A DNA stretch of 64,000 bases from Eledone cirrhosa (Eukaryota). This document shows, one piece after another, positions 13,791 through 28,139 of the stretch. The position numbers were made by a program, and so were the translations under genes. Under the pieces are notes generated by a model. It ran no database searches and had not been told where the DNA came from. It saw only the letters and a list, made by a program, of their open reading frames with translations. The stretch is from the NCBI GenBank assembly GCA_964016885.1, contig OZ024763.1:9796001-9860000 (forward strand), in the 5' to 3' direction. The first letter of the stretch is position 1. The number at the start of each line of letters is the position of its first letter.

Positions 13791-14454
13791 TCAGATAGAT
13801 ATGCATGTTGATAGGTAGTTAGATATACATATATGTTGGTAGAGAGCTACACAAGTATATAGATATGTAGATAGATGTATTTATTGTCCAAAGATAAAGA
13901 GATACATAGGAAGGTAGATGTAGATATTTCCTGCATGGCCACTGAACATTGTGTCAAAACTGTGTGAGAGAGGTAAGGAGGAAAGCATCAAATGACCATT
14001 TCCCTGTCAAAGTTAGCTCAAAGTGGTTGTCACTAACCCTACTGTTTTCTTATTAAGGATTGCACATGTGAATATATATTTTACAGGAGGGCTCTTCAAA
14101 GACATGACAACCTCCCTAGTACTGGTATCACAATAAAATGCACCTGCTGCATTCTATAGATACCGAAGGGTTGTAAGTGAAATACGGCCCTCTGGCCTAT
14201 CTGAAAGGTCAGTCCTGATGACACATTCACCCTGACAGGGAGATAAGGAGATTGGGCAATGTTTCTGTAAATGTTACCCCCATTGTTATTGGTGTGTTAG
14301 TGACTGTTACCCAGAGAATAGACAGGAGTAACAACACAAGTAGCACTGATCCAAATGACTGCCTTCCTGGGTACAGCAAGAGTCATCAGAAAAGTCCTTC
14401 AGGAAACTCCCTGTGACCCAAATTTAATTTATTTGTGTGAAACAATAATAATGA

Positions 14455-14768
14455 TTTCTACCTTAGACGCAAGGGGAGTAAATTGATCCCAGTACTTGAC
14501 TGGTACTATCATATTTTATCAACTTTAAAAGGACGAAAGACAAAGTTGACTTTGGTGGGATTTGAACTCAGAACATAGACAGCATTGATGTCCTACTGAT
14601 ACTGCTAATCTGCCTATAATAATAATAATAATTGTTTCTACTTTTGGCACAAGGCCAGCAATTACTCCAGTGTATTACTGGTACTTTATTTTATCAACCC
14701 CGTAAGGATGAAAGGCAAAGTTAACCTCGGCGGGATTTGAACTCAGACCATAAAGGGCTGTAACTCTT
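14455..14768 (-). mobile_element. Two SINE A copies
   Basis: Reverse-complement matches to the family consensus. Confidence 0.75.
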
Positions 14769-14914
14769 TGCTGCAACTCTTTGCTGACTGTGTCAGGGAT
14801 ATTTTTGATGAAGACATTATTAAAATAATTTGGATTACTTTGAATAAATCGTGAATGAATATTATGTAATTTATCTACTAAATTTCATGCCTCTTGATTA
14901 AACATAAATATTCT

Positions 14915-15253
14915 TATCATCATCATCATCATTTCACGTACGCTTTTCCCTGCTTGCAGGGGTGGGACGGGAACTGATTCTGGCTTGATTTCTACAGCTG
15001 GATGCCCTTCCTAACACCAACCTCATTTACAGTGAGTGCTGGGTGCTTTTTTGCCGTGGCACCTCCACGACCACTTTGCAGTGGAATGATAGGGACCCAG
15101 TCCTATCATCTCATTTCTACAGCTGAGTAAACTGGAGCAATGTGAAATAAAGTGACTTGCTCAAGGAAACAACACATCACTCGGTATGAGAATTGAACTC
15201 ACAACCTTTCGATTGCAAGGCCAATGCTCTAACCACTAACTCATGTGCGTCCA
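14915..15253 (-). mobile_element. SINE B (3' part also at 37484-37702)
   Basis: Reverse complement of 51382-51705. Confidence 0.85.
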
Positions 15254-15295
15254 TATATAGCTTATTTTAAGATTCATTTCTTTCTGCTTAGTGTC

Positions 15296-15643
15296 TGTTA
15301 TATCATAACACGTAGCTGTATGCTATATCATAACACTTAGCTGTATGTTATATCACCACACTTAGCTCTATGTTATATCACAACACTTAGCTGTATGTTA
15401 TATCATAACACTTAGCTGTATGTTATATCACCACACTTAGCTGTATGCTATATCACAACACTTAGCTGTATGTTATATCACAACACTTAGCTGTATGTTA
15501 TATCATAACACTTAGCTGTATGTTATATCACAACACTTAGCTGTATGTTATATCACAACACTTAGCTGTATGTTATATCACAACACTTAGCTGTATGTTA
15601 TATCACAACACTTAGCTGTATATTATATCACAACACTTAGCTG
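15296..15643 (+). repeat. 25-bp minisatellite, ~14 copies
   Basis: Unit tatcacaacacttagctgtatgtta. Confidence 0.95.
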
Positions 15644-16224
15644 GAACATTGAGGGTATCAGAAACACAACAGAGCAGGGACAAGCTGAAGGGTAGATTGT
15701 CAATATGGATGAGGGTAGTTCTACTCATGAGCATAAAGATCAGATAGAAAAGGCAAAACAAGAAATTCTCAATGAACTTGGAAAAATAAAAATAAAATGC
15801 ATTAGAATGGGTGAAAGAGATTTCTTCTTCTTCTTCTTCTTCTTTGTCTTCTTCTTCTTCTTCTTCTTTGCCTTCTTATCTCTTCAGCAGCTTTCTTTTT
15901 CCTTTCATCTCCAATTTTTATCTCATTACTCTCCCCTTACCCCACCTTATCATTTCACTTTGTATCCTTCTTTTGTCCAGTGAACAAGTTGAGAGAGAAT
16001 GCTGCAGGGTGGCAGTGGTGTGTGGCTGGGGGTGGGGTAAAGTGTTTACATCATCCATATATCTTAGCTATCTAATCACATATAGATTGATCAATCCATA
16101 TTGATTTCTTTCCATCTCACCTTTCACAATTCTATTCACACAGGTCCCCAGATACAATTAGCAAAAAAAAAACAAAAAAAAAAACAGAAAATAAATTTGA
16201 AATGTAGTTGCAAGTGACTATAAC

Positions 16225-16425
16225 AATAATATTGGTTTCTAATTTAAGCACAAGGCAACAACGTTTTGGGGGGGGCAGAGGGAAGTCGATTAAATTTTCC
16301 CCAGTGCATTACTGGTACTTTATTTTATCGACCCTGTAAGGATGAACTCAGACCACAAAGGGCCGTAACTCTATGCTACAAACCATGATGTCTGACACTC
16401 TAGCGATACTGCCAATCTACCACCA
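16225..16425 (-). mobile_element. SINE A
   Basis: Reverse-complement match with internal deletion. Confidence 0.75.
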
Positions 16426-16449
16426 TTATCATCATCACCTTTATAATAT

Positions 16450-16714
16450 TAGAGATCACCAAGTATTCTGAATTAAAAACGGAGATGGCAAGATTATTTG
16501 GAATGCAAACGCATTGGGGGGGGGCAATCTCATTCAAATTTCAAGACTTCTTAAAACAGTTGGGAATACCATATTTGGTGTCATACAATCAGCCTTGTTA
16601 GGTACTGCACACATTTTAAGGAAAGTATTATCTGTCTGAGGTCCAGATTTGACTTGACAGATGACTAAATACTTTGGTACAATAATCCTCTTCACTGCAT
16701 GGAAATGTAATAAT
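16450..16714 (+). mobile_element. R4/Dong-type 3' end fragment (another at ~14230-14450)
   Basis: KYSELKTEMARL...SALLGTAHILRKVLS-stop, ending in TAA repeats. Confidence 0.6.
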
Positions 16715-16897
16715 TGTTTCTACTTTAGGCACAAGGCCAGCAATTACCCAGTACATTACTGGTACTTTATTTTATCGACCCCGTAAGGATGAAAGGCAAA
16801 GTTAACCTCAGCGGGATTTGAACACAGACTGTAAAGGGACGTAACTATGCTAGAAAGCATGGCGTCCGACTCTCTACCAATACTGCCAATTCACCGC
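16711..16897 (-). mobile_element. SINE A with 15-bp TSD
   Basis: TSD tggaaatgtaataat at 16700-16714 and 16898-16912. Confidence 0.88.
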
Positions 16898-17047
16898 TGG
16901 AAATGTAATAATAATACCATATATAGTGTCCAAAACGAAAGACTCTTTTCATACTACATTGAGTGTTAAACTAATATATTTCTTCATTGTACCGTGTTGT
17001 TTGCTTTGTTGTTTCCACACACACACACCAACAACTCACACACACAC

Positions 17048-17762
17048 ATATTCTTGTTAATTGTTACAAAGGTAAAGGGGATGCTCTGGAGAGGAGCAAT
17101 TATAGGGGCATAAAACTGATAGATCAGGTTATGAAAGTGGCAGAAAGAATACTAGCGCAACTAATTAGAGAAAGAGTTAAATTAGATGAGATGCAGTTTG
17201 GTTTTGTGCCTGGGAAAAGTACAACAGATGCCCTCTTCTTAGTGAGACAACTACAAGAAAGGTTCTTAGAGAAGAATAAGCCACTATACTTAGCTTTTGT
17301 TGTCCTAGAGAAGGCCTTTGATAGAGTACCCCGATCTGTCATCTGGTGGTCCCTAACGAAACTAGGTGTAGAGGAATGGCTTGTGAGGACAGTGCAAGCT
17401 ATGTACAGAGGTACTGTCAGTAAAGTGAGAGTAGGAATGGAGTTTAGTAAGGAATTCCAGATACAAGTAGTTCATCAAGGTTCAGTCTTCAGCCCACCTT
17501 TATTCATTATAGTTCTCCAAGCCATAACAGAAGAGTTTAAGACTGGCTGCCCATGGGAACTTCTCTATACTGATGATCTGGTACTTATAGCAGAATCAGT
17601 AGAGGAGCTAGAGAATAAATTCTGGCTATGGAAACAGCAATTGGAATCAAGGGGACTGAGAGTGAACCTAGCTAAGACTAAAGTGTTGATAAGTAGAAGA
17701 GAGCGCAAGGTTCTGATTTCATCAGGGAAATGACCATGCTTGATATGTAGAAAAAGGATCAG
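17048..17762 (+). mobile_element. RTE LINE RT fragment
   Basis: NYRGIKL, QFGFVPG, EKAFDRVPR, LLYTDD. Confidence 0.88.
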
Positions 17763-17774
17763 ATGTGTGTGTGT

Positions 17775-18865
17775 GTGTATGGAGGGGGAATATTAGGTGT
17801 AGTGTTGGCGAATCTCAGGAAGCATGGAGGTTTTGAACGATGCAGTGTCTCGACAGCTAATAACTGATGCAGGTAGTTTGTTCCATGCTTCAGCAACTCT
17901 CATGTGAAAAACTGTTTCCAAAAGTCATGGGAGCTGTGCTGTTTTCTGACTTTGCTGGCATGCCCACGTGTGTTAGACACATGGAAATCAAAAAGGTACT
18001 CAGGGTTGTTGCTGGAGAGATGGTTAATAATTTTGTGGATGTTTACCAAGTCAGTTGCCAGACGTCGGAGCTTCAATGTAACCATGCCCAGGGAAGCAAG
18101 GCGTTCAGAGTATGGTAGATGCCTGATGGAGGGTATTCGCTTGGTTGCACGTCTCTGAACAGTTTCCAGATCAATGTTCTGAGCAAGGTAGGGGTTCCAG
18201 ACTGGTGATGCAAATTCTAAGTGTGGCCGCACCATAGCCATGTACAGCTTTAAATAGATAGTTGGAGAGCAGCTGACAAAGGTCTTGCTGAGTGATGCTA
18301 AGACACCTCTGGCTTTTTTGACAATTTTAGAGATGTGCTTTGTCCAACGGAAATCGCTGCTGAGAGTAATGCCCAGGTCACGTTCACAAGAAAACTTCTT
18401 GATATTAGTATTGTGGAGGAAGTATGTGGATGCTGGGTTTTTACTCCCAAAATGCATGGTGGTACACTTGTCCACAGCCAGCTTAAGTTGCCAGTCCGTG
18501 ATCCATTGTTGCATTGTGTCCAGGTCTGATTGTAGGAAAGATCTATAGTATACAGGATCTGTCCTTTCTATCTCAAGGTACAGCTTGATGTCATCTGCAT
18601 ATTTCAGTACTGTGGCATTCTTTAAGTTGGCATCTATGTCATTAATATATGCCACAAACAAAAGGGGACCAATAACAGATCCCTGTGGTACACCAGATGA
18701 CATCTCATACGGTGAGGAATGCTGCCCTAGAACCATAACTACCTCTTTTCGACTGAGAATGAAGGACTTCAACCAGATAAAAAGATCATCCTTCACACCC
18801 ATTACAGAGAGTTTTGCCATAAGTTTTTTGTATGGCACAGAATTGAAAGCTTTAGCAAAGTGAAG
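17775..18865 (-). mobile_element. CR1-clade LINE RT/3' fragment
   Basis: SGVPQGSVIGPLLF, KYADD, ERDLGI, VRPHLEFASPVWNP, TRGH. Confidence 0.9.
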
Positions 18866-19870
18866 TGTGTGTGTGTGTGTATATTTATATTAGGAAAATA
18901 AGAAAAAAAGCTAACAGTTGGTTTGTCCCCTGTTACTGTCATATATATAATATTGGGTATGAATCGAAGTTGTAGCCGCAATATAGCAGATAAATATACA
19001 AGAGTATCTTGAGTGAGAAAATGATGGTTAACACTAGAAGGTGAATAATAGAAGATGTAACATGGCTGAATGGTTTCAGGTTTGATCCCACTGCATGGTA
19101 ACTCATGTCATTTACCCTAGCCTTAGGTCAACCCAAGCCTTGTGAGTGAAATTGGGAAGACAGAAACTGTGTGGAAGCCTGTCAGTTGGATTATACCTGG
19201 AATTCATTTGCTCAACCTTGTCACACTGTGTCACACAGAATTTACCCAAGTATTATGTTAAGGGGATACATGTCTGCAGAATGCTCAATCACTTACACAA
19301 AAATGGAGCATCCAAACAAGACAAGGACACTTGATCTGTCCAGTTTCATGACAGGACAGACCGTTTAACCCATGCAAGCATGGACAATAGATGTCAAAAG
19401 GTAATGTTGATAACGATGATGTTCTGCCATGCTGGTGCCAGTCGAGTAATAAATAGAGTTTACACCACTAGACTAATAAATATAGTAATAAAAATTGTAG
19501 TTAAGAAAATATTAATAAACATGTTAGCAACAACCTTTTCTGTTTTTAAAGACACTATAAAGGATTATATGGGAAAAAAAACATATAAAACTATAAAATA
19601 ACAGTAACAGATCTTTCCCATTAGGATTTGCAAGGATTTACTGTCTTTGTCAAACAATCAATAGAACTACATCTATCAATGTTAAAGTAATATGATTTTT
19701 ATGTAAACCCCCCACTATCAAGTCTTGTAATGTCCCATTTTTGACGCCCCTGTGGCAAATAAAGAAAGATATCTATCTATCTATCTATCTATCTGTCTAT
19801 CAATCTCTTTGCCTACCTCTCTCTCTCTCTCCCTCCTTCTCTTTCTCTCTCTCTCTATATATATATATAT

Positions 19871-21060
19871 ATCATCATCATCATCACATCATTTTTTCCA
19901 TGCTAGCATGGGTTAGACGAGTTATCCTCTTGTGAGTAATGCTAGGTCAGATGGCCATGTCATGCTCATACTGAACTGATTTTGGCTTGGTTTCTCCAGC
20001 AGGATGCCCTCCCTAGCCCCAACCTCATTTACAATGTGGACCAGGTGCTTTTTGTTGTGACGCCTACACGACCACTTTACAGTGTGGACTGGAGGCTTCA
20101 CCGGATGTATACTTCAGCTTCTCCTCATGGGAGATGGTGGGGTGGTGCATTTTATAAATATGCTTCATCGTTGGCCTGTACCCTTGGGAAGTTGAGTCTT
20201 CTGTATTACTGTGTAACACCAGAGATCTTGGTACCATGTCATCATCTTTGAGAGGTGCAATTGGGCCAGATCAGCTTTTATCACCTCATCCCAATTCTTC
20301 CTGGGTCTCCCCACTCCAAGGTTTCCATTGACTTTGAGCGCTCTGCACCTTTTATACAGCTGCTATCCTTCATACACATCACATGTCCACACCAATGTAA
20401 TTTGCTCTCCTGCACAAAGCATCTGATTCCTCTTATGCCTAGTTTCACTCTCAATTCGTTTATTCTTTGCCGTTCATGTATATTACTATTACACATCCAC
20501 TGGAGCATGCAAGCTTTATTCCTTTCCAATCTACGCAAGTCTTCTGCACACAGCACCCACAACTCACTACCATGCAACATTGCTGTTCATATGCCATTTG
20601 CAGCTAACTGGTAGTAGATCTCTGAACTTCTTCCATCCTGTTCTCACTCTGGCTACTATACTTTCAGAACACCTGCTGCTAATTTGGTCACCCAGGTAGC
20701 AGAAGCTATCTACTGTTTCTATCAAGTCTTCCGCGAATTTGATAGCCCTTCTTTCCTGTGGTTGTTTGCTGCTTACTGTCCTGGTGCAACATTTAAAGTC
20801 TACGTTTTTAGCTAAACTTTCTCAGAACCCACTATATCTCTTGTGTACCCATAGTTTGCTTTTAGTGCAGAGGATAGAATTTCTACTGACACCTTTCCTA
20901 CATACTGAACAGGGCCATTTCCCTGAGAGGATCAGGATTCTGTTTTCTCTTCTGCTTACGAGGACCTTAGTCTTTGTCAGGTTGACTTTAAGACCCCTTC
21001 TTTCTAGGCCCTGCTTCCATGTTTTGAATTTCTTCTCTAGTTCCACCATAGATTCAGTTA
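19871..21060 (-). mobile_element. Older RTE LINE 3' fragment
   Basis: Same motifs, more diverged; (CAT)n next to (TA)n. Confidence 0.85.
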
Positions 21061-22092
21061 CAAGAGATGTAGCGGGATCTCAGGAAGCTTAATTAAGAAT
21101 GTAGGCTTCACATGCAGCAGCTGTGCTGGGACAGCAAGCAGCAGACAGCCACAGGAAACAAGTACCACCAAAGTCTGGGAGGGCTCTGTAGAAACAGTAG
21201 ACAGCTTCTGTTACCTAGGTGACTGAATTAGCAGCGGAGGTGGGTGTTCGGAAAGTACAATAACTAGGGTAAGAACAGGATGGAAGAAATTCAGGGAACT
21301 ACTGCCACTGCTAGCTGCAAAAGGCTTTTCCCTCAAAATGAAAGGCAGACTGTATGATGCGTGTATCCGAACAGCGATGTTGCATGGTAGTGAGACCTGG
21401 GCGCTGAAGGTGGAAGACTTATGTAGATTAGAGAGAAACGAAGCCTGCATGCTCCGATGGATGTGTAACAATAATATACGTGAACGACAAAGCATAAATG
21501 AATTGAGAGAGAGACTGAGCATAAGAGGAATCAAATGCTGTGTGCAGGAGAAGCGGTTGCGCTGGTATGGACATGTGATGCGTATGAAGGATGACAGCTG
21601 CATAAAAAGGTGCAGAGCACTAGAAGTCGATGGAAACCGCGGAGTGGGGAGACCCAAGATGACCTGGGATGACGTGATAAAAGCCGACCTTACCCAACTA
21701 CACCTCTCAAAGGCGATGACACACGACCATGACCTCTGGCGTCACGCAGTAATACAGAGAACCCGACCTCCCATGGGTACAAGCTGAAGCATATAAACAA
21801 TATGCCCCCACACCCCCCACCGCAAGGTGGTCGTGGAGGTGCCACGGCAAAAAAGCACCCAGCCCACACTGTAAAGTGGACGTGTAGGCGCCATGAAAAA
21901 GCACCCAGCACTCACTGTAAATGAGGTTGGTGTTAGGAAGGGCATCCAGCTGTAGAAATCAAGCCAGATCAGTTCCTGTATGAGCAAGGCATGGTCAGCC
22001 GACCAGACACTGCCCACAACAGGACAACCCGTCTAACCCATGCTAGCGTGGAAGAACGGACGTAAAACGGTGATGATGATGATGATGATAAT
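21061..22092 (+). mobile_element. RTE LINE 3' fragment with (GAT)n tail
   Basis: MLHGSETW, RLRWYGHV, GRPKMTW; highly similar to 61549-62584. Confidence 0.92.
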
Positions 22093-22466
22093 GATATATA
22101 TATATATATGTATGTATATTTACACACACATATATATATCTATCTATATATATATACATATATATATATATGTATATTTACACACACATATACATATATA
22201 TATTTACACACACATATACATATATATATACGATGATGATGATGATATTTAATATATACATACATATATGCGTTTGAGTGTGTATGAGTGCATGTATGAG
22301 TGCGCGTGTGTGTGTGTATGAGTGCGTGTGTGTGTTAATAATAATTCCGTTGACAATTGAGCTGTTTTCTATCTAAAGTAGACCAGCCATTGTCAAGTGA
22401 ACACTAATGTTGATATCATTGTGTTTGTTTCATTCCTTCATTGTTATTGCAGCAGATATATATAAA

Positions 22467-22497
<31 letters not shown>

Positions 22498-22605
22498 GAG
22501 AGAGTGAGAGAGAGAGAGAGAGGGGGGGGGAGATGATATTATTTGGTACTGTCATTAAAGTATCAAGTACGAAGTTGAACAATGGTCTTTCTTCTAACAT
22601 CTCAT

Positions 22606-22651
<46 letters not shown>

Positions 22652-23594
22652 ATATATATATATATATTATATATATGTGTGTGCGCGTGTGTATGAACAT
22701 AAATAATATATATATATATTCATACACACACACACTCATATACACACACATATTCCTTTTAAAGTATTGTGTGTTTATAATGATAATAATGAAATGATTG
22801 AGTACAGTGCTCAGGTGCAAATAATCATGTAATTCAATAAGACCATCTCACCAAAAGACTGAATGGAAGGTGACCCACTCACTTGATTACTGGATTAACC
22901 CTTCATATTTCTGATGCCCTTTTAAAAGGTCTCCATATCACATCTTTTCTTTCCTCACCTTTATTAACCTTTTTGACACCAAACTCACCCCAACTTGTTC
23001 ATTATAATTGCGTAAAACAACCAATATGTTAAGTTACTATTTTAGTAATGAAATAATTAATGATTTTATTAAATCCCTCAACATTCTTTATTACTTCTTT
23101 TGACACCAAAACTGACTCTTCTTCTTCTTCTTCCTCTTCCTCTTCTTCTCCTTCTCCTCCTCCTCCCACTTATTCCTGGGAGGGTCGTCAGACACTCCCT
23201 CCAGTGAGTCTGTCAGAAACAACCATCTCCAACTGATCCAAGCATGACCATCCAAGCTCATGGATGTTATCCAACTATCTTACTTGGGGTCTATTTTGGG
23301 GTCTCCTATCTGTTGGTTTTGCTATAAAATCTGTCCACCGATTCTTTCCTGAGACATTCTCACCACATGCCCATAGTATTGGAGCAGTGATCTACAGTTC
23401 TATGAAACAAAATCATCAATTTTAAATTAAAATCTTCCAGCTCCATTTTCTATAAGAACAAATATTTCCAGTTACTACTTTAGTTATAAAATAATTAATT
23501 TTGGTAAATCCTTGAAAGTATTTTATTAACTATTTTGATAGCAACCATGGCAAAACTATATCTGGTTCTATGAAACAAAGCCATACATTTTAAG

Positions 23595-23985
23595 GGGCTG
23601 CATGAGATGATGGCCAATGATAAGGATGTTCCATTGGATGTGCAATGTTAGTTTGCATGAAAGACTAAGCTTGGAGATGCTGGGAGAAAAACTGGGTATA
23701 AGGGGAATCAAATGTTGCACGCAGGAGAGAATGTTGCACTGGTACAGACATGTGATGTGTAAAGATGTTGATTGGTAGGTGTAGAAGTGTCAAGGGATCC
23801 CAGTAGAAGGAAGCTGATAAGGGAGACCAAGGAAAACTTGAACTGAAGTGGTGAGAGCTGATCTTAAATCATTTGAACCTCACAGAGATGACATAGGAGT
23901 GCAATATGTAAAGGGGAAGTTGTGTTGGAGAAAACCAATGAAAGCCCATGCATACATGATAAAGTGGACTTAAAATATAACAGCA
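23595..23985 (+). mobile_element. Degraded RTE 3' fragment
   Basis: Similar to 5950-6330. Confidence 0.6.
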
Positions 23986-24212
23986 ATGATGGTAATAACA
24001 ACAATGACAAGAATGACATCGACAAAATATGAAACATGTTGTGAGAATGTTCTAGACTCTGATATGTTTCATTGTATTACATTATATTGATGAAAATGTG
24101 AAGCTGTTATACCCCCCCCCCCACACACACATACAAACAAATGGCACTATCTACACACACACACATGCACACACACTCACCTGCACACAAACGTGTATTT
24201 ATATATATATAT

Positions 24213-24637
24213 ATCAGAGGACGTGACAGATGGACGGTCGTAAACACAAAAGCCTTCTCTAGTGAGGAATGTACCTCCCAACATAGCTTAGTTGTCAGCG
24301 ACCTCACGGTCAGGACTAGACGAACCTGGAAACAGAAGCCAGCCTGGAGAAGAGAAAGATCTGGAAGCTGAAAGACCTCTCAGCCAGTAACAGATTTAAA
24401 GATATTTTCTCAACGCCTACGACAGTAAAGAAGAACATATAGAGACATTAAATGTAGAAGAGCACTGGGAGTTCCTAAAAAATAACTTACTAAAGGCGGG
24501 TGAAGGATGAGATCTGTGGCTGGAGTAAGACCACAGGCAGGAGGAGAGTGACTTGGTGGTGGAACAAAAAGGTAGATGAGGCAGTTAAGGCCAAGAGACA
24601 GGCATGGAAAGAATGGAAGAACGGGGGTAGCAGGGTA
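24213..24637 (+). mobile_element. RTE LINE internal fragment
   Basis: Near-identical to the reverse complement of ~39915-40340; starts right after (TA)n. Confidence 0.85.
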
Positions 24638-27540
24638 TTAGCTCTCTGAACTTTTTCCATCCCGTTCTAACTCTGGCTACTACACTATCAGAGCACCCTC
24701 CCCCACTGCTGATTTTGTCACCCAGGTAACGGAAAGTGTCCACTATTTCTATAGAAACATCTAGGCAGTTGAAGGAGTTAGCATCCAGTGGGTCCTTGCT
24801 ACTTACTGCACCTGAGCATTGGCCACATATAAAATCTACATTCTTAGATAGCTTGCCTGTGATCCCACTACATCTTTTATGTACCCATACTTTGCATTTG
24901 GGGCATAGAATGGAATTTCTACCTACTCCTTTCTTACACACTGAGCATGGCCATTTCCCAGAGGGTACCTGTGCCCTATTCTCCTTTCTACATACTAGAA
25001 CATTAGTTTTAGACAAGTTAACTTTAAGGCCTTTTGATTCTAGGCCATGCTTCCATGTTTGGAACTTCTTCTCTAATTCAGCCATAGATTCAGCTATGAG
25101 AGTTAGATCATCTGCATATAGAAGTTCACATGGGCAGCCAGTCTTAAACCCTTCTGTTATAGCCTGAAGGACAATAATAAACAGGAGGGGGTTAAGGACG
25201 GAGCCCTGATGAACTCCTACTAATATGCTAAATTCTTTACTATATTCATTGTTAATTCTAACCTTGCTGACTTAAAAGTTTCCTAAGAGCCCACCAGATT
25301 AAGGTGCATGGGACTCTGTTAAAGGCTTTCTCCAAATCAACAAAATCTAAATAGAGGGGTTTACTTTTAGTAGGTACTTCTGTAATTCCTGTACAAGGAA
25401 AAACGCATCCATAGTGCTTTTACCTGGCACAAACCCAAACTGCATTTCATCTAGATCAATTTGGTCCATAATCAGTTGAGTAATAACTATTTCTGTGACT
25501 TTCATGACCTGGTCAACTAACTTAATGCTCCTACAGTTTCCTCTATCTAGGGCATCTTCTTTGCCCTTGAAACAGTTGACGATGCTGCTGCTACACCAGT
25601 CATTTGGTATGACCCCATTCTGTATTACTTGGTTTACTATCTGGGTGATCATAGTGTGTCCCACCATTCCAGATACCTTCAACATTTCAGCAACTATCTC
25701 CGAAGGCCCAGCTACCTTGCTGGTCTTCATATCTTTGATTGCCTTACTTACTAACTACCATTAACTTGCACAGCTAGTCCCTCTGTTGGATCAATGTGGG
25801 GCAGACTATCTTTATTCCATTCATTCTCCTCATTCAGTAGTCTCTCGAAGTGACACTTCCAAGCTACCTTCTTATCACTATCAGTGAGGGCAAGGATACC
25901 ATCGTCATTATGGACACACGTCTCTCCGACAATATCACAATTGCCTCGCAATCCTGAATATCTCACATCTTTGGTCCTCGCGTTGTAGAATATGCTTGAA
26001 CTTATGATCCTCTGCTTCCCTCTTTACAAAGTATACTTGTTGTCTAGCTTCTCTCTTAGCTACCCGATAGAGTTCTCTACTACCCCCTTCTTTCCAAGCC
26101 TGCTTTTTGCCCTTGATGGACTACTCCACTTTACTATTCCACCACCATGTCACTCTCCTCCTGCCTAACGGTCTGCTCCAGTCACAGATTTCATCAGTCG
26201 CCTTCAACAGGTTAACTGACAGGAATTCCCACTGTTCCTCTATATTGTTCATCTCTAATTGCTGTTCCTTACTACCAAAAGCATCAAGTAATATACTTTT
26301 AAATTTGTTATTGGCTGTGGGGTTCTTAAACTTCCATAATCTTCTCCTTAAGGTATTCCTCTGCCGGAGAGTATGTCTGGCCTTGACTATGAGGTGCCTT
26401 ACTATGAAGTTATTCTTCGCGAGGGAGGGACTTAGTGTTCATAACAGACACTCTCTCGTTTTCTAGTAAGGATAAAATCTATTTGGCTGGTCTGCTCCCC
26501 TGATCTATAAGTGATCAAGTGACTGTTAGGTTTTTTGAAATTTGTGTTACAGATAGTCAGGGCATTTGCATCACAGAATTCCAGGATCCTAAAGCCTTCC
26601 TCATTTCTAGTACCAAACCCATAGCCTCCATGGATTCCATCATAGTCAACACAATGTTGTCCAACATGACCATTTAGGTCGCCACCAATAATTATGTAGT
26701 CACTGTTGGTTATTTGGGAGGTAGTGAGCATTCATGACTCATAGAACCTGTCTTTTATAATGTCAGGTAGACCAGATTGGGGGTGCATAAGCAGATATTA
26801 TTGTCACAGAATTTCTATTTTGAACAAGTCTTATTTTAATTATTCTGTCATTCACTCTATTTACGTCAATTACCTTATCTACCCATTTTTCAGCTAACAT
26901 AATTCCTACTCCACCCAGTCCGTTGTCATTTCCCACCCAGAAAAGTTTATAGCATCGTTTTTTACCCACAATGAATCTAGCAGACCCCCCTCTCCACCTA
27001 GTCTCTTGAATACAACAAACATCAACTTCTTTACGTTCAGCGTCTCTATAACCTCGTTAGAGCGACCTTTCAATGTGCCTACATTCATGGTTCCAATTCT
27101 GAAGTTCTGGATTTCGCTGGGGGCAGGAAGGGATGGGATGGGGCACAGGAGGGATGTGGGAGATGGAATTATTTTGGTCTTGGGCTTCCATGTCTGAAAT
27201 AAATAGGAGTGCTTGCATGCTTGCCCAGAGACGGGAGGTGAATTTATCTGTGTCATTGTCATTGTGAGTGCTCAGCTTCTCCAACTCCGTAGTCCATTTA
27301 TCATAGTGAACAACACCTAGATCTAAGTTTAAGAAGTAGCGACCTTGTGACAGAGATTAACATTAGAAAACTTACTATAAAACCGCTCAGTTTTGATTGG
27401 CCCAAATAACTATGGTGGGGGTGTTAAGGAGAAGGTAACTTCCGGAAGGCGATCGTACGTAGCCGACCTGGAAGAGACTGGAAAAACAAAAACAATAGTC
27501 AAACATAACTGATCTTCTAACAAGAAGACTTAATTCTAAA
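24628..27540 (-). mobile_element. Degraded RTE LINE with 5' end, APE endonuclease and RT
   Basis: Fragmented ORFs: IGTMNVGTLKGRS, GGDLNGHVG, QIDFIL, QFGFVPGKST. Confidence 0.9.
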
Positions 27541-27768
27541 TGGATGTAGAGATAGGAAAAATATTGAAATTTCTACATTACGGAAAATATATATGTATAT
27601 ATAACAAAAAACACTTGCCCAAGGTGACAAGCAGTTGCACTGAACCTAGAGCCACGTAGTTGAAAAGCAAACTCCTTAACCACACAGCCATCCCTGCATT
27701 TTTGGCTTTTATTTATTTTCCCCTATTATAATTTTTAATTTTTAATCTTTTTTAAAATTGTTTTTCAG

Positions 27769-27862
27769 GAATTTAATACTACAGCATCTGTGATTAATGT
27801 TGAAGGATCTCAAGGTAACCTTGCGCAGTCTTGTTTCTTTAACGATGGTGTCAATAAAGTTG
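27769..27862 (+). CDS. ANO7: Anoctamin (ANO7-like) exon: EFNTTASVINVEGSQGNLAQSCFFNDGVNKV(D)
   Basis: ttttcag acceptor, G|gtaagt donor. Joins the next exon to give FFNDGVNKVDFVLVY, matching the anoctamin N-terminal FxDG...DFVLVY motif. Confidence 0.85.
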
Positions 27863-28139
27863 GTAAGTTAATTTTCATGCAGATTAATTTCATCATCATC
27901 ATCATCATGTTCATCATCATCACCATTGTCATCACCACCTCCACCATTTTCATTATCACAACCATCATCATCATCATTATTGTTATCATCATCATCATCA
28001 CCACTACCACCACTTCCACCATCATCATCATCACTATTGGCATCCTCATCATCATCATTTTCAGGCTTAAATCAAACTTGAAATATTTGTAAATTCCTCA
28101 ACACTGGAAAGTTTCTCATGTCGTGACCCTTTCATATGG

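Noticed and set aside
15705-15810. Possible start exon MDEGSSTHEHK...
   Set aside because: Weak donor, no recognisable homology, runs into a (CTT)n repeat.
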